From: an uncultured Flavobacterium sp.
GTDB taxonomy: Bacteria > Bacteroidota > Bacteroidia > Flavobacteriales > Flavobacteriaceae
Reading direction: 5' to 3'
Assembly (NCBI GenBank): GCA_964518395.1
Contig: CAZFGA010000008.1
Coordinates: 40,699-104,698 of the forward strand
Length of the DNA: 64,000 nucleotides
In this document: positions 55,619 to 63,836 of the stretch, one piece after another
How the letters are laid out: the number at the start of each line of letters is the position of its first letter
How positions within the stretch are numbered: the stretch's first letter is position 1
Notes under the pieces: model-generated
Seen by the model: the letters and a program-made list of their open reading frames with translations, nothing else
What the model was told of the DNA's origin: nothing
Database searches by the model: none
Translations under genes and position numbers: made by a program

Positions 55619-55644
55619 AACCAGTTAAAATACTTTAACTGGTT
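55619..55644 (-). terminator. Second copy of the duplicated terminator, after kinase paralog B
   Basis: AACCAGTTAAA / TTTAACTGGTT stem flanked by A and T runs. Confidence 0.75.
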
Positions 55645-55682
55645 TTTTATTACTTTTTTAGGAGTTTGTACTATGTATCACT

Positions 55683-57842
55683 TTAGCTTTCATAAATATA
55701 CGGAACCTCAAAAGCAACTTTAGCTCCTTCTATAGTTCCATCAGAAGCGATTACATTATTGGTTTGCACCACGAAATCTTTGTTTTTAGTATAGAATGTT
55801 AAACGTTCTTTGGTGATGGTCATGGCCAGTGATTTGTGATTGCTGACTTTTTCATCTGTGCCAAAACCTTTACCGTTATCGGTCACTTCAAAATAGAGTT
55901 TTTCTTCTTTTAAATAATAATGAACATCAATTTTTCCGTTTTCCGTCGTATTGCTTAACCCGTGTTTGATGGCATTTTCAATGTAAGGTTGTGCTAACAT
56001 TGGCGGTAAGAATATCGATTCAGGATCAATATTCTCTTCTATATGAATATTGAATTTGAATTTATTTTCATACAAAAGTTGCTGTATGGTAAGATAGTTC
56101 TCAAGCATTTCAATCTCTTCCTCTAATGAAATATAGTTTTGGTTCGAGTGTTCAAGAATTTGTCGGGTTAGTTTGGAAAATTTGCCCAGATAATTTACCG
56201 CTTCATCATTTTGTCGGTTGTTAATCAAACTCCTGATGTTTTGTATGGAATTGAATATAAAATGTGGGTTCATTTGAGTAATCAGTAATTTCTGTTCTAA
56301 CAGCAGCTGTTGGTTCTGCATTTTCACTCGTCTGATTTTTAATAAAGCAATTAAAAAACCCAAAACAATCAGAAGACCTATGAAACCGGCAATCAGCCAT
56401 TTCTTTTGTAATTGAGAAACGGCTACGGTTTTCTTTAAAGAATTCACACTTTTCTTTGCCGTGGTTAAGGTGTCCTTATAAGCATATTCATATTTTATTT
56501 CTGCCAGTTTATCAAAGGTTTCTTTTTTATACAGGCTGTCGTTCAGTTCCTTATGGGTTTGACTGCTCTCAGAAGCTAACTTATATTCTTTTATCGCATA
56601 ATAGATTTTTGAAAACAAAAGAGAGTAATCGGTTTGCAGACTCAGGAGTTTGAGTTCATTAGCAATATCACTTCCTTCTTTGGCAAACTGCATGGCTTTA
56701 TCATATTCCTTTTTTGCAAAATAAATCCTGCCTATGTTCAGGTAACTGCTAGAAAGTTCGCGCTGAGCTCCTACTTGTTTATATGTTTTTGCTGCTTTTT
56801 CATAATAACGGAGTGATTCATCGTATTTTTCAAACATAAAGTAATAAGCCCCAATATTGTTATTGAAATAAGCAGCCGTAAAGTCATCATTGGCTTCCTG
56901 GCTTAGTTTTAAACCTCTATTAAATATTTTCAAGGCTTTAGGATTTTTTTCATACATCAGAATAAGACCGATGTTACTTAGGGAACCCATAACCTGCTTG
57001 TCTTTTTTTAGCTTTTCAAAGATGGCTAATGCTTTGTTGAAATAAGGAAGAGCGGCTTTAGGGTTTTCCATTTCCTGATACATCGTACCAATATTGTTTA
57101 AATTGGAAGCAATGCTATATTCGTCGTTAAACTGTTTGCTGATCTCTATTGATTTATTATAGTATTCTAAAGCAAGAGTGGGCTGGTTTTGCTGTTTATA
57201 AAGATTTGCCAAATTGATATACGTAATGGCGAGTCCTTTTCGATCTCCTAACTTTTCATCAATTGCTATTGTTTTTTTATAATATTCAAGGCTTTTGTCA
57301 TAATCTCCCTGAGTATTATGTATCAGGGCAATAATCATCAAAGCGTTTGAGGCTACCCTTAACTTACCGGATTGTTCACTAAGTTCTGTAGCAGTTTTAA
57401 GATGTTCCAGAGCTTTTGGAAAATCAGTAAGATAGTAGTATGATGTGCCTATATTCAAATGACAATTAGCAACACTTACCTTAATCTTCAAATCCTCATA
57501 AACTTCCAGGGAATTTTGAAAATAAGTAATGGAAGTTGCATAGTCACCTTTTTTTGAATAGGCTCTACCCGACATTAGTAAGCTATACGCTTTCCCTTTT
57601 TTATACTGTAGGGCTTCAGAGAGTTGTTCCGATTCTTTATATAACTGCAATGCTTTATCAGTATCGCTATTTATTAGTTTAAGTGCTGCTGCATTTAATA
57701 GTTTGACTCTTATAGTATCCTTTTTTGTATAGGTCTGTAAGCTGTCTGCTGTTTTGTTTTGTGAGAAACCATTGGATAGGTTGGCTAAAAAGAGTATAAG
57801 AAAAATTCGTTTTATAAATTGAGAGGAATTGATAGTAAACAT
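55683..57842 (-). CDS. TPR-domain sensor kinase of the LytS/YehU (His_kinase) class, paralog B
   Basis: Signal peptide, long TPR array, one TM helix (WLIAGFIGLLIVLGFLIALL). The C-terminal region of about 215 aa is almost identical to paralog A (QMNPHFIFNSIQNIRSLINNRQNDEAVNYLGKFSKLTRQILEHSNQNYISL...). Confidence 0.8.
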   Translation of the reverse strand: MFTINSSQFIKRIFLILFLANLSNGFSQNKTADSLQTYTKKDTIRVKLLNAAALKLINSDTDKALQLYKESEQLSEALQYKKGKAYSLLMSGRAYSKKGDYATSITYFQNSLEVYEDLKIKVSVANCHLNIGTSYYYLTDFPKALEHLKTATELSEQSGKLRVASNALMIIALIHNTQGDYDKSLEYYKKTIAIDEKLGDRKGLAITYINLANLYKQQNQPTLALEYYNKSIEISKQFNDEYSIASNLNNIGTMYQEMENPKAALPYFNKALAIFEKLKKDKQVMGSLSNIGLILMYEKNPKALKIFNRGLKLSQEANDDFTAAYFNNNIGAYYFMFEKYDESLRYYEKAAKTYKQVGAQRELSSSYLNIGRIYFAKKEYDKAMQFAKEGSDIANELKLLSLQTDYSLLFSKIYYAIKEYKLASESSQTHKELNDSLYKKETFDKLAEIKYEYAYKDTLTTAKKSVNSLKKTVAVSQLQKKWLIAGFIGLLIVLGFLIALLKIRRVKMQNQQLLLEQKLLITQMNPHFIFNSIQNIRSLINNRQNDEAVNYLGKFSKLTRQILEHSNQNYISLEEEIEMLENYLTIQQLLYENKFKFNIHIEENIDPESIFLPPMLAQPYIENAIKHGLSNTTENGKIDVHYYLKEEKLYFEVTDNGKGFGTDEKVSNHKSLAMTITKERLTFYTKNKDFVVQTNNVIASDGTIEGAKVAFEVPYIYES

Positions 57843-57947
57843 TAGTAAGGTGGTGGTTTGTTTTTGGGTTGTTACGTTTTAGAAAACCAAAAATAGAATA
57901 ATTTTTGTAGTAAATTGACTAAACCACTATCTAAACCAATTTTTCTC

Positions 57948-57955
57948 TACATTTG
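57948..57955 (+). promoter_or_regulatory. Candidate -7 box TACATTTG for the four-gene cassette
   Basis: 14 nt upstream of the ATG at 57970. Confidence 0.4.
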
Positions 57956-57969
57956 AAAAAATCAATCCA

Positions 57970-58764
57970 ATGAATATCCTAAAAATCAAAGACTACATAT
58001 TTCCCATTAATATTGAAAAATCATTCATAAAAGAATACAACCAAGAAGATTCAGAGCCCGTTTGCACCGTATGGGATATTTGGGTACAAAGTGATGAAGC
58101 TCCTTTTATAGAAGGAAATCGTAGCGGGAATATCCGTTGTGAGCAAATGATGGCTACACAGGGCAATCTGCAATCGCTCGTTGGTAAAACAATCCATATA
58201 AAAGACGCCTATGACTATGTGACAGATGAACATCTGTTTACCTTTTATATGTTTAGACACAACGGTATCAAGGACAATGAAATCACATTTGAAAAAATTG
58301 AAAACAATAAAGCCTCTGTACACTGGAAAGGCATAATTGAAGAACTGGGTTTTGAAGGTGAATACAATACCAATGTGCCTTTTGAGCTTTCCTGCGTATT
58401 GGAAATTAAACAAATGGTGGATAACAAAGACTATAAATCACCATCTGTTGAAGCGTTAAGGCTTATCGCTACTGCTGATGACGATTTTGAAAACAACCGG
58501 GAGCTACTTGATGCGATTACGGATATTACTGACGAATACCGACTTGATGACGAAGCTTATAATGCGATCATAGGCCTTTTAAGTTCTGAATCTTTTCTCG
58601 AAACCTTTGAAGATGAAATTGACAGTCTGGAGGATTTTATCTCAAATTTCACCCATTTCAGCAACGACCGTACTACTCCAGTACCACAAAACATTTCAAA
58701 AAAAGCCCTGAAAAAGTGGCGTAAAATAGCAATGCTGGCTGAAATTATTGGAGATGAGGAATAA
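57970..58764 (+). CDS. Cytoplasmic hypothetical protein with an acidic C-terminal half
   Basis: 264 aa with no signal peptide. The tail is Asp/Glu-rich (ADDDFENNRELLDAITDITDEYRLDDEAY...EDEIDSLEDF). No family recognised. Confidence 0.55.
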   Translation: MNILKIKDYIFPINIEKSFIKEYNQEDSEPVCTVWDIWVQSDEAPFIEGNRSGNIRCEQMMATQGNLQSLVGKTIHIKDAYDYVTDEHLFTFYMFRHNGIKDNEITFEKIENNKASVHWKGIIEELGFEGEYNTNVPFELSCVLEIKQMVDNKDYKSPSVEALRLIATADDDFENNRELLDAITDITDEYRLDDEAYNAIIGLLSSESFLETFEDEIDSLEDFISNFTHFSNDRTTPVPQNISKKALKKWRKIAMLAEIIGDEE

Positions 58765-58794
58765 CCGCGAGTATCAATTGACAGTAGCAAAATA

Positions 58795-59655
58795 ATGAAA
58801 TATCCTATACCTTATAGAAAAATTGACAAATGGGGCTTTTCAGATGCTGAGAAGTCGATACTCATTGACTGTATTTATGATGATGTGATCTTTCCGTTTA
58901 GTGAAGAAAATTTTGATCTGGCTCTTGTAAAAATTGCTGACAAAAAATGTTGGATCAATACAAACGGAAAGCAGGTATCACCACTTGCAGACAGTGTATT
59001 CCCATTTACCAAAAAAGAAATATCGGTACTGATTATTGATAATAAAAATGTGGAAGAAAGACAATCAATTGATAATTGTTTATTCATAAATCGCTTTGGC
59101 GAGAGTGTCTTTACACTTCAGGCAATAACTGCAAATGGCTTTCAAAATGACAAGTGTATTGTTTATTTTCCAAACCATCATTATGGTGCTGTAAATTCAA
59201 AAGGAGAAATTGTTGTGGAACCCAAATTTGACGATCTTAATGCTGTTTGGAATGAAATAGGGCGACCTTATTCTGATGATAGAAACCGAAAGCTTAAGAA
59301 AGATCAAGAGCTGATAAAATTTGAAAAAGACAGGTACTTTGGATTTAAAAACAGGGATGGAAATGTGATTATTGAAGCCCATTATTTTTCTGCCAGCGAG
59401 TTTGATGAAGGAACATCTATAGTTGCAAAAAATTCCAAAGCATTTTATCATATTGATAGTAGCGGACAAAGACTTTACAATAAAGAATATTACTTCGGAT
59501 TTAATTATGAATATGATATTGCAAAAGTAGTAACCGACATGCCGGACGTTAACCCATTTGTTCATGAACGATGGGGCGTTGACTACTATATTCCGGGAAA
59601 TTCAAAATGGGGATATATTGATAAAAAAGGACAGGAATTTTGGGAAGACAGATAA
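58795..59655 (+). CDS. WG-repeat (KWG-type beta-repeat) protein, cytoplasmic
   Basis: Repeated motifs KWGFSD, YGAVNSKGEIVVEPKFDD, YFGFKNRDGNVIIEAHY and KWGYIDKKGQEF. No signal peptide. Confidence 0.65.
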   Translation: MKYPIPYRKIDKWGFSDAEKSILIDCIYDDVIFPFSEENFDLALVKIADKKCWINTNGKQVSPLADSVFPFTKKEISVLIIDNKNVEERQSIDNCLFINRFGESVFTLQAITANGFQNDKCIVYFPNHHYGAVNSKGEIVVEPKFDDLNAVWNEIGRPYSDDRNRKLKKDQELIKFEKDRYFGFKNRDGNVIIEAHYFSASEFDEGTSIVAKNSKAFYHIDSSGQRLYNKEYYFGFNYEYDIAKVVTDMPDVNPFVHERWGVDYYIPGNSKWGYIDKKGQEFWEDR

Positions 59656-59704
59656 TTATGAGACACGAAAATTTATATAGCAAAGAGCTGATGGATAGGA
59701 TAGA

Positions 59705-60160
59705 ATGGACAGCCATGGTATATTTTTAGTAGAAAAATTTTCTGTTATGATTTATATCGATAAAACAACAATTCCGCATTGTTATATAGAAGAAAAAAAA
59801 TTTGAATGGGGCGAAACTTATACCTGTACCACACCGATATTCAACGTAAGTATAAACCCGGAACTGCCCAATATCGAATTTACGATTGAATTGTTGGGCA
59901 AAAATAACTTTAAAGACACCTTGTTGAAGCTGTATAACATTTTGCTTAACCTGGAAGAAAAAGAGCGCTTGGATGATCTCAGCGATGCCATTACCAACAG
60001 GGAATCTTTATTGAAAAAAATAAACGATTATTTAGCAAAAAATACTAATAACAGGGCACCTTGGAAAGATAACTATGAAGTGATAGATGAAACATACTAT
60101 CTTGAAATGATTGAACACGACTTGCAGCGGAAATTATGCTATGAAACAAAAAACTATTAA
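59705..60160 (+). CDS. Hypothetical protein
   Basis: 151-aa ORF with an alternative start at 59747 (MIYIDK). No motif recognised. A 23-codon ORF (59658-59729) in another frame precedes it. Confidence 0.5.
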   Translation: MDSHGIFLVEKFSVMIYIDKTTIPHCYIEEKKFEWGETYTCTTPIFNVSINPELPNIEFTIELLGKNNFKDTLLKLYNILLNLEEKERLDDLSDAITNRESLLKKINDYLAKNTNNRAPWKDNYEVIDETYYLEMIEHDLQRKLCYETKNY

Positions 60161-60397
60161 ATGAACACCAAGGAATTATTAGAAAAAAAAGATTGGCATT
60201 ATTATGTTTATGAAGAAAACAATAGTATCACATTATCTGTTCCTATTCCTAAACCAAATCCGGGATTTGATGTTCTATATACCTTGAGTGAGTCTGAAAA
60301 GGAAAAATATTTAAGTACAGGGATTAAATCCTTTGAAAACAGGATAGAAGATATGAAAACAAACTTTTTAAATTATGAAATGAATTCCTGGAGATAG
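60161..60397 (+). CDS. Small hypothetical protein
   Basis: 78 aa. The ATG directly abuts the preceding TAA (TAAATG). No signal peptide. Confidence 0.5.
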   Translation: MNTKELLEKKDWHYYVYEENNSITLSVPIPKPNPGFDVLYTLSESEKEKYLSTGIKSFENRIEDMKTNFLNYEMNSWR

Positions 60398-60453
60398 GAA
60401 GTTATTGATTTAATAAAGGGAAATGGAAGCAGATCTATTATAGTAAATATAAC

Positions 60454-60480
60454 AAAACCAACCTACTACAGGTTGGTTTT
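60454..60480. terminator. Bidirectional terminator after the four-gene cassette
   Basis: AAAACCAACCT / AGGTTGGTTTT stem with a 5-nt loop. Confidence 0.7.
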
Positions 60481-60543
60481 GTTATAAGGTATTGATTTAA
60501 AAATTATGGAGATAACAGTAATACAGGGTAACTTCTGCAAAAT

Positions 60544-61046
60544 TTAGTTCGGGAATCGAGAGCATAAAATGTTCTTTTGGCTTTCAATACCATGTATGCC
60601 TAATGAATAGGCTCCCTTAGCCTGATAGAGTAGAGAAAAAAGATTAGTTTTTTGAGATAATGCATTTTCGTAAACACCTAATGACAAATCATATAGCCCA
60701 ACCATTCCTGAATCAAACATGAGAATTTCAGTTGCTTCAGTATCATTATTTTTTATGTCAATCTTTAACTAAGGATTACTTTGAAATTTGTCTGGTAATA
60801 AACCGGCACTTTTCTTTTTATCAGTGCTGAAGTTTTTCAGTTTATCTGTAAAGCTAACGGTCTTGTCCTTATATGAAATTTCACAATGCTGTTACGCATC
60901 ATATTGCTACCAATAAATCAGTCAATTCCTAGGCAATCAAAGAAAAAAATGTTATCGGTAACCACTGCAGGAACATCAGCAAGGGTAATATCGCGCAAAT
61001 TACTGGAGTCGCCAACATCAAGCCCATTAACCGATTCCGCCCCAAT
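60544..61046 (-). pseudogene. Decayed retropepsin-like aspartyl protease gene (5'-truncated, with two in-frame stops and one frameshift)
   Basis: My minus-strand translation: IGAESVNGLDVGDSSNLRDITLADVPAVVTDNIFFFDCLGID-TGA(60918-60920)-FIGSNMMRNSIVKF, then a frame change near 60870-60890 to EISYKDKTVSFTDKLKNF...FQSNP-TAG(60769-60771)-LKIDIKNNDTEATEILMFDSGMVGLYDLS..., ending at TAA 60544-60546. The MFDSG and GID-x-FIG motifs resemble the protease-like gene at 44699-45574. Confidence 0.55.
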
Positions 61047-61101
61047 TCATTATACAACTCTTGCGAAATGGCGCTCAGTGCTCCGGCTGTTAAAGTAATT
61101 A

Positions 61102-62490
61102 TTAAGGAATGCTCAAGATTTTATAAAGGTTGGCTATTGAGGCAAGAAGCCTGTTTTCTGTATTAATTTCGGCCAGTCTGCTGCTAACCACATTATTTTC
61201 TCTGGAATTAATAAGGAAAAGCGAGCTTTCCCCATAGGCAAACAATTTTTCTTCCGATGAAAGCATTACGGTATAATCCTTTACAAGTTCAGCCGCGGTT
61301 AGCTGCTGTTGGTTAAGCGATTCAATTTCTGCACTATAGGTAAGGATTTTATTTTTTAGCGCTACACGTTGCAATTCCAGATCAAGTTGGCTATCCTGAA
61401 TTTTCAGTTTGGCTAGCTGCAATGCGCCTCTTTCTTTACGAAGGAATAGGGGGAAACTGAAATTTAGACCTATCTTATAATCCTGAAACCTGTAATCTGT
61501 AAAATAGGCAGGCTCAGAAAGATAATTGTAGCTTACGTTGACTTCCGGGAGTAGCATGTTTGCCTTATAATGACGTTCAATTTCGAGCATACTCAACTTA
61601 CTTTGCAAAGACTGTATTTTAGGATGGCTGTCTAGAGCAGCAGATGGGTTTACTTGTAAGTTGGTGTTCAGGCTGGCATCGACGCTGTTTCTGACATTTT
61701 CTTCCGGAGTGATATTCTCTTCTAGCTCAACGGGAACGTCATCAATCCATAGAAAATTGGACAATTCCAATCGCGACTTAGTAAGTTTTAGCAGGGCATC
61801 TTTTAGGCTTAGCTCGCGTGTCTTAACCAAAATGCCTGCTTCTACGCTGTCGATTGCCGGTTTGTCACCTGTTTCTATAAGACGTAAAATCCCATCGTAG
61901 CGCTTCTGTGCATATACCAGATAGGTTTTATATAACTCCGATTCGTCGAATGCCCTTTTCCAGTTAAAATAGGCTAGGGATGCTTCATATATGACATCTG
62001 TTGTCTCCATTTTTTGCTCTGCGGCACTAAGCTGAAGTTGCACCTTTGCCATCCTAACATCGGCCATGCGTTTATTGATAAAAAGTCCCTGTCCCAAAGG
62101 GATGGATATTCCTATGGACGTCAGGCCATTGTTTGGTGTCGTATTTTGTGGATTCACATATAGTCCTTCGCTGTTGTCAAATGCAGCCTTAACCTCAATT
62201 CCATACCAGGTGGGTATCTTAAAAGTACTTTTTAGCAGTGAATAATAATTCTTATCCTTAAAATCCTTCTGATCATAGTCTACCTCAATCTTAGGGTCAA
62301 ATCCACCACGGGCTGTCAAAAGCTCGGCTTCTGATTTGCTGAGTATTAATCCGGACTGCCTGACAAGCGGATGGTATTTCTTTACATAACCAATATATTC
62401 GCCAAAGCTAAGCTCTTTTTCTTTGAATGATTGAGCTTTAATGTGATAGCAGGTCAGTGTCAATAAGATTATAAAAGCTCGTTTCATCAT
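61102..62490 (-). CDS. TolC family outer-membrane channel protein
   Basis: Signal peptide. 462 aa with two repeated coiled-coil/beta halves. It overlaps the HlyD gene stop by 4 nt. Confidence 0.8.
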   Translation of the reverse strand: MMKRAFIILLTLTCYHIKAQSFKEKELSFGEYIGYVKKYHPLVRQSGLILSKSEAELLTARGGFDPKIEVDYDQKDFKDKNYYSLLKSTFKIPTWYGIEVKAAFDNSEGLYVNPQNTTPNNGLTSIGISIPLGQGLFINKRMADVRMAKVQLQLSAAEQKMETTDVIYEASLAYFNWKRAFDESELYKTYLVYAQKRYDGILRLIETGDKPAIDSVEAGILVKTRELSLKDALLKLTKSRLELSNFLWIDDVPVELEENITPEENVRNSVDASLNTNLQVNPSAALDSHPKIQSLQSKLSMLEIERHYKANMLLPEVNVSYNYLSEPAYFTDYRFQDYKIGLNFSFPLFLRKERGALQLAKLKIQDSQLDLELQRVALKNKILTYSAEIESLNQQQLTAAELVKDYTVMLSSEEKLFAYGESSLFLINSRENNVVSSRLAEINTENRLLASIANLYKILSIP

Positions 62491-63836
62491 TTTTCTTTAG
62501 AATTCTGATTTTGGGAATGCTGATAATAATTAGGAGGAAACCCGTTAAGCGTTCTCCAGATTTCAAACCATATCGGTACGGTATCGAGCAGGGTTATAGT
62601 CTGTACTCCGGCACCAATGCTGAGTTGTTTTGGCCATGGAGCTTCATTTTTGTCTGGTGCGATCAGCACTCTGTACTTGCCATTCGTACTGATGAAATTT
62701 TCAATAGCAACTATTCTTCCGCCAAATGTGCCATAGGACATGCCCGGCCACCCAGAGAAAACGATGGTTGGCCACCCGTCAAACCACACGCGTACTCTGT
62801 CGCCTTTTTTAAGCAGGGGAAGATCAATAGGCTTGACATAGGTCTCAACCGCAATTTCGTAGCTTGCCGGCATTATACTTACAACAGGCATTCCTTCTTT
62901 TATGGTTTCGCCAATCCCTGATTGTAGGGCACGGTTAACAAAGCCACTTTGGGGCGCTTTTATGTAATACATGCCATTGCGTATACTATAATTGACATAC
63001 TGGTTCTCAAGCTTTGATACCTGAGCCTCCGTATCATATTGGCTGCTTAGTGCCGTAAATTTATCACTGCTTGACTTTGCAATTTTTTCATTGTATTCTG
63101 CCGTTATCCTTCCAATCTCGACTTTCGAATTAATGAGCTCATTTCTAGCGGTAAGCAATTTATTTTCCTGTGTGATAATCTTGGCCTGCGCATCCTGGAG
63201 CTTAAGGCGTTTTTCTTCCACATCAGTAAGAGGCTTCAGGCCATCCTTATTGAGCTGTACAGAACGGTCAAATTGTGTGTTGGCAATTTTTAGCTGTGTT
63301 TTGACCGCCTCCAAATCAATACTGTCGCTTTTAACCTTTAGTGCTGCCTGCCTGATTTTGTTGGTGGCCTGTTGTATTTTTAAAGTCTGCTCCTTTGAAA
63401 GTGCACTCATTTGTGATTCCAGTGATTTGACCTTACCATCATAGGACTGCAGGGCGCTTTTTTTTGCATCTACCTGTTGTTTGGTATTTTTTACCAGGTT
63501 CGGATCAAAATAATCTTCCTTAATTTCTGAAATATAGAGTATCGTATCGCCTTTCTCTACAAAATCTCCTTCCTGGACATACCATTTTTCGATTCTACCT
63601 GCTATGGCAGTATGGATGGTCTGCGGACGCTGATTTGGCTTTAGTGTTGTGACTGCTCCGTTGCCGGAAACATTTTGTGTCCAGGGAAGGAATAGCAGCA
63701 CTATCCCCAATAAGCATAGTCCTATGATTATTCTTTTCAATATCTTATAATGCGGCCTTTCTGACAATTGCTTTATTGTACTTAAGTGCTCCATTGACTC
63801 AATTCGCACTTTTTTATTATTTGAAATATTTAGCAT
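62487..63836 (-). CDS. HlyD family secretion adaptor protein
   Basis: N-terminal TM anchor (IIIGLCLLGIVLLFLPW), lipoyl-like GRIEKWYVQEGDFVEKGDTILYI, a long coiled coil, and a beta-barrel tail. Confidence 0.8.
   Translation of the reverse strand: MLNISNNKKVRIESMEHLSTIKQLSERPHYKILKRIIIGLCLLGIVLLFLPWTQNVSGNGAVTTLKPNQRPQTIHTAIAGRIEKWYVQEGDFVEKGDTILYISEIKEDYFDPNLVKNTKQQVDAKKSALQSYDGKVKSLESQMSALSKEQTLKIQQATNKIRQAALKVKSDSIDLEAVKTQLKIANTQFDRSVQLNKDGLKPLTDVEEKRLKLQDAQAKIITQENKLLTARNELINSKVEIGRITAEYNEKIAKSSSDKFTALSSQYDTEAQVSKLENQYVNYSIRNGMYYIKAPQSGFVNRALQSGIGETIKEGMPVVSIMPASYEIAVETYVKPIDLPLLKKGDRVRVWFDGWPTIVFSGWPGMSYGTFGGRIVAIENFISTNGKYRVLIAPDKNEAPWPKQLSIGAGVQTITLLDTVPIWFEIWRTLNGFPPNYYQHSQNQNSKEK

Noticed and set aside
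60886-61098. A 70-aa plus-strand ORF downstream of the TolC gene.
   Set aside because: It is the antisense shadow of the decayed aspartyl-protease-like pseudogene read on the minus strand.
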